A DNA stretch of 64,000 nt from an uncultured bacterium (GTDB lineage: Bacteria; Verrucomicrobiota; Verrucomicrobiia; Limisphaerales; UBA8199): NCBI GenBank assembly GCA_963749495.1, contig CAVVMW010000019.1, positions 256,001-320,000 of the forward strand, in the 5' to 3' direction. Below the pieces are notes generated by a model. That model was not told where the DNA came from. It ran no database searches and saw only the letters and a program-made list of their open reading frames with translations. The position numbers and the translations under genes were made by a program. Positions 61,541 through 64,000 of the stretch are shown piece by piece (positions within the stretch are counted from its first letter, which is position 1; the number at the start of each line of letters is the position of its first letter).

Positions 61541-63874
61541 CTATTCTGACACGGCGTTTCGGTTGGGCGGCTCGATGCCCTGGAGGTGGCGGAGGAAGAA
61601 GTCCTGCAAACGCCTCTGGCCGTAAGCGCCACCGACGCCATGCCCGCCGTTGGGCACGACCAGCAGATCAAAGTCCTTTCCGGCCCGGATGAGGGCATCC
61701 ACCAACCGGTAGGTGCTCTCGGGTGGGACGTTGTCGTCCATGCCGCCGACAACCAGCATCAAATGGCCCTGGAGCTTGGCGGCATTTTCGATGTTCGAGC
61801 ACTCGGCGTATTGGGGGCCGACGGGATAGCCCATCCACTGCTCGTTCCAGGAGGCCTTGTCCATGCGGTTGTCATGACAGCCGCTGTTGGCGACGGCGGC
61901 CTTGTAGAACTCCGGGTGGAAGAGCAGGCCCGAGGCGGCGTTTTGGCCGCCGGCGGAGGTCCCGTAGAGCCCGACGCGGCTCAGATCGTAATAGGGGTAC
62001 TTGGCGGCGGCGGCTTTGTGCCACAGAATACGGTCGGGGAAGCCGGCATCCTTGAGGTTCTTCCAACAGACATCCTGGAAGGCCTTCGAGCGGTCGGCCG
62101 TGCCCATGCCGTCGATCTGGACGACGATGAATCCCAAATCGGTGAGGGCGGAAAAGCGGCTGGACCCGGTGAATGATTTGGGAACATAGGAACTCTGGGG
62201 CCCGGCATAAATCTCCTCCAGGACGGCGTATTTTTTCTTCGGGTCCAGCTCGCGCGGGCGGCAGATGATCCCATAGATGTCGGTCTTGCCGTCGCGGCCT
62301 TTGGCGGCGAAGACCTCGGGGGCCTGCCAGCCTCGGGCCTTGAGTTCGGAGATGTCGGCTTGCTCGAACTGGCAGATGCGCGCGCCGTCCGTTGCGCGCC
62401 GCAGTTCGTGGACCGGCGGGGCATCGAGGCGGCTGTAGGTATCGATGAGGTATTTGCGGTCCGGGGAGTGCTGGACGGAGTGATTGCCATTGGCACCGGT
62501 GAGCGCCACCAAGCCGGTGCCGTCAAAGCTGATGCGGTAATAGTGGATGAAGTAGGGGCTTTGGTCCGAGTTCCTGCCGCTGGCGCGGAACCAGATTTGG
62601 CGGTGGTCCTCATCGATGTGGTCGATGCCGCGGACGACGTAATCGCCCTGGGTGATTTGGTTCTTGATGGCCCCCAGGCGCGTATCAACCAGGTAGAGGT
62701 GGCGCCAGCCGTCGCGCTCGGACACGTAGATGAGTTCCTCGGTCTTATCGAGCCAGTTGACGAGCCGGATGTTGACGTTTTCCGTGTGGGCGGTCCAGAT
62801 GAAGGTGCCGGTCTTTTCGTCGATGAGATTGCGCAGAGCGCCGGTGCGGGAGTCCACCTCGATGAGGCGGAGCCGCTGGTGCCCGCGGTCCTCCTTCAGG
62901 TAAGTGAAGCGGCGCCCGTCGCGGTTCCAGCGGAGGCGGGGCTGCTCCCACTCATGCTCGAAGCCATCCACCTCGGGCTTGACCTGCTTGCCGGCGGCCG
63001 GGTCCATGAGGCTCAATTCCCAGGTAGTGAACTTGTCTCCCGGCAGGGCATAAGGGCGGCGGTGGAGCACGGCGCGGCCGCCGCCGCGCGGCGCGGTCTC
63101 GACCAGATAGACCTCCTTGCGGTCGCCGGGGCTGATGCGCCAGCCCACCAGCGCCTGGGAATCGGGCGCCCACTCCAGTTGTCCGTAGGCCTCCTCCCGC
63201 CCGCCATCCTGCGTCAATTGGCGCTCGCTCTTGTCACTCTCCAGGCGGACAAAGACATTCCCGTCCTTGACGAAGGCGGTCCACTTGCCGTCGGGCGAGG
63301 TCCTTTGGCGCGTCGGCTGGTCCTGGTCCTGGGCGTCCTCATTAGCAGCGGGGGACGAGGGGCGAGGGTCGAGGGGCGAGGGGCCGGCCGGGGCCGGGGC
63401 GCACTCATAGGAATCGAGTTTGCACTGCCAGGTCTTGCCGGCGGCCTCGAAACGGATGCCCTGGCAATCATCGGTGAACTCGATCTCCGTGAACGGGAGC
63501 CGGTCGGCCTTGAATGGCTGGCCTGCGGCCTTGGTGAGCGCGGCGGCCAGCCGCTCATGGTCGAAGGCGGGACGCCGCGCGCCCTGTTCGGCTTCGATGA
63601 CGATGAACTCCCTGGCGCCGTCGCGGAGGTCGTTGCGGTACCAGAACCTCGAATTGTTCTGGAACCAATGCGGAGCGATGCCGGCCTTATAGACGCCGCG
63701 TTCCGGAGGACGGCCGCGCCGCTGCTGCGGCGAGGCCAGCAGCCAATCGGCCGCCGGCTGCGCCGGGCAGGCAGAGGCCAGCGCCAGCGCCAACAGGATG
63801 AGGGGAGCGGGCAGAGTCCGGTTGAGTTCTGGAGGCCCGTTGGGCCGCGGGCCACAGGAGGAGGGGCGGTTCAT
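61541..63874 (-). CDS. S9-family peptidase (DPP-IV-like propeller plus alpha/beta hydrolase)
   Basis: IYAGPQS, GLYGTSAGG nucleophile elbow, DDNVPP, GHG. Confidence 0.93.
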   Translation of the reverse strand: MNRPSSCGPRPNGPPELNRTLPAPLILLALALASACPAQPAADWLLASPQQRRGRPPERGVYKAGIAPHWFQNNSRFWYRNDLRDGAREFIVIEAEQGARRPAFDHERLAAALTKAAGQPFKADRLPFTEIEFTDDCQGIRFEAAGKTWQCKLDSYECAPAPAGPSPLDPRPSSPAANEDAQDQDQPTRQRTSPDGKWTAFVKDGNVFVRLESDKSERQLTQDGGREEAYGQLEWAPDSQALVGWRISPGDRKEVYLVETAPRGGGRAVLHRRPYALPGDKFTTWELSLMDPAAGKQVKPEVDGFEHEWEQPRLRWNRDGRRFTYLKEDRGHQRLRLIEVDSRTGALRNLIDEKTGTFIWTAHTENVNIRLVNWLDKTEELIYVSERDGWRHLYLVDTRLGAIKNQITQGDYVVRGIDHIDEDHRQIWFRASGRNSDQSPYFIHYYRISFDGTGLVALTGANGNHSVQHSPDRKYLIDTYSRLDAPPVHELRRATDGARICQFEQADISELKARGWQAPEVFAAKGRDGKTDIYGIICRPRELDPKKKYAVLEEIYAGPQSSYVPKSFTGSSRFSALTDLGFIVVQIDGMGTADRSKAFQDVCWKNLKDAGFPDRILWHKAAAAKYPYYDLSRVGLYGTSAGGQNAASGLLFHPEFYKAAVANSGCHDNRMDKASWNEQWMGYPVGPQYAECSNIENAAKLQGHLMLVVGGMDDNVPPESTYRLVDALIRAGKDFDLLVVPNGGHGVGGAYGQRRLQDFFLRHLQGIEPPNRNAVSE

Positions 63875-64000
63875 GCTCGCTCCATCATGAGGCCCTCGGG
63901 CCGCCCCGTGCAATGCCAAAGCCGAAGAATGGGCTCACCGCGTAGCGGTGCCCGATGGTAGCCGTGGACTTCCAGTCCACGGACCCATGGCTCAAGCTGG

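Overview
GC-rich bacterial chromosomal window, most likely Verrucomicrobiota of the Pedosphaera/Limisphaera type. This is inferred from DUF1559/H-X9-DG prepilin-like genes, an ECF sigma factor with a long C-terminal extension, BlaI-M56 pairs, TIGR03790 and NHL/Ig proteins ending in an FYR motif. Ordinary genes include the start of a nuoABCD operon, a nitroreductase, a GH2 hydrolase, rnhB, DUF2339, DUF4912-GH57, a PhnP-like MBL hydrolase, an aldo/keto reductase, thpR, DUF362 and an S9 peptidase. They are interleaved with a very dense layer of small mobile DNA: two complete IS elements (IS1380-like and IS1634-like, both flanked by CTAG), at least five remnants of Y1/HUH (RAYT/IS200-like) transposase genes, four toxin-antitoxin pairs plus a ParD-like fragment and a Uma2 gene, and about ten families of palindromic or period-7/9 repeats. 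The most unusual signals are: (i) small cargo genes bracketed by inverted heptamer arrays; (ii) inserts flanked by direct duplications of 17, 28, 57 and about 150 bp; (iii) repeats inserted in frame in genes or supplying their stop codons; (iv) an IS1634 that joins two unrelated 5'-truncated genes. Many genes carry single-base frameshifts that look like sequencing indels. No tRNA, rRNA, CRISPR array, integrase or reverse transcriptase was recognised. Family assignments come from motif recognition by eye, not from database searches.
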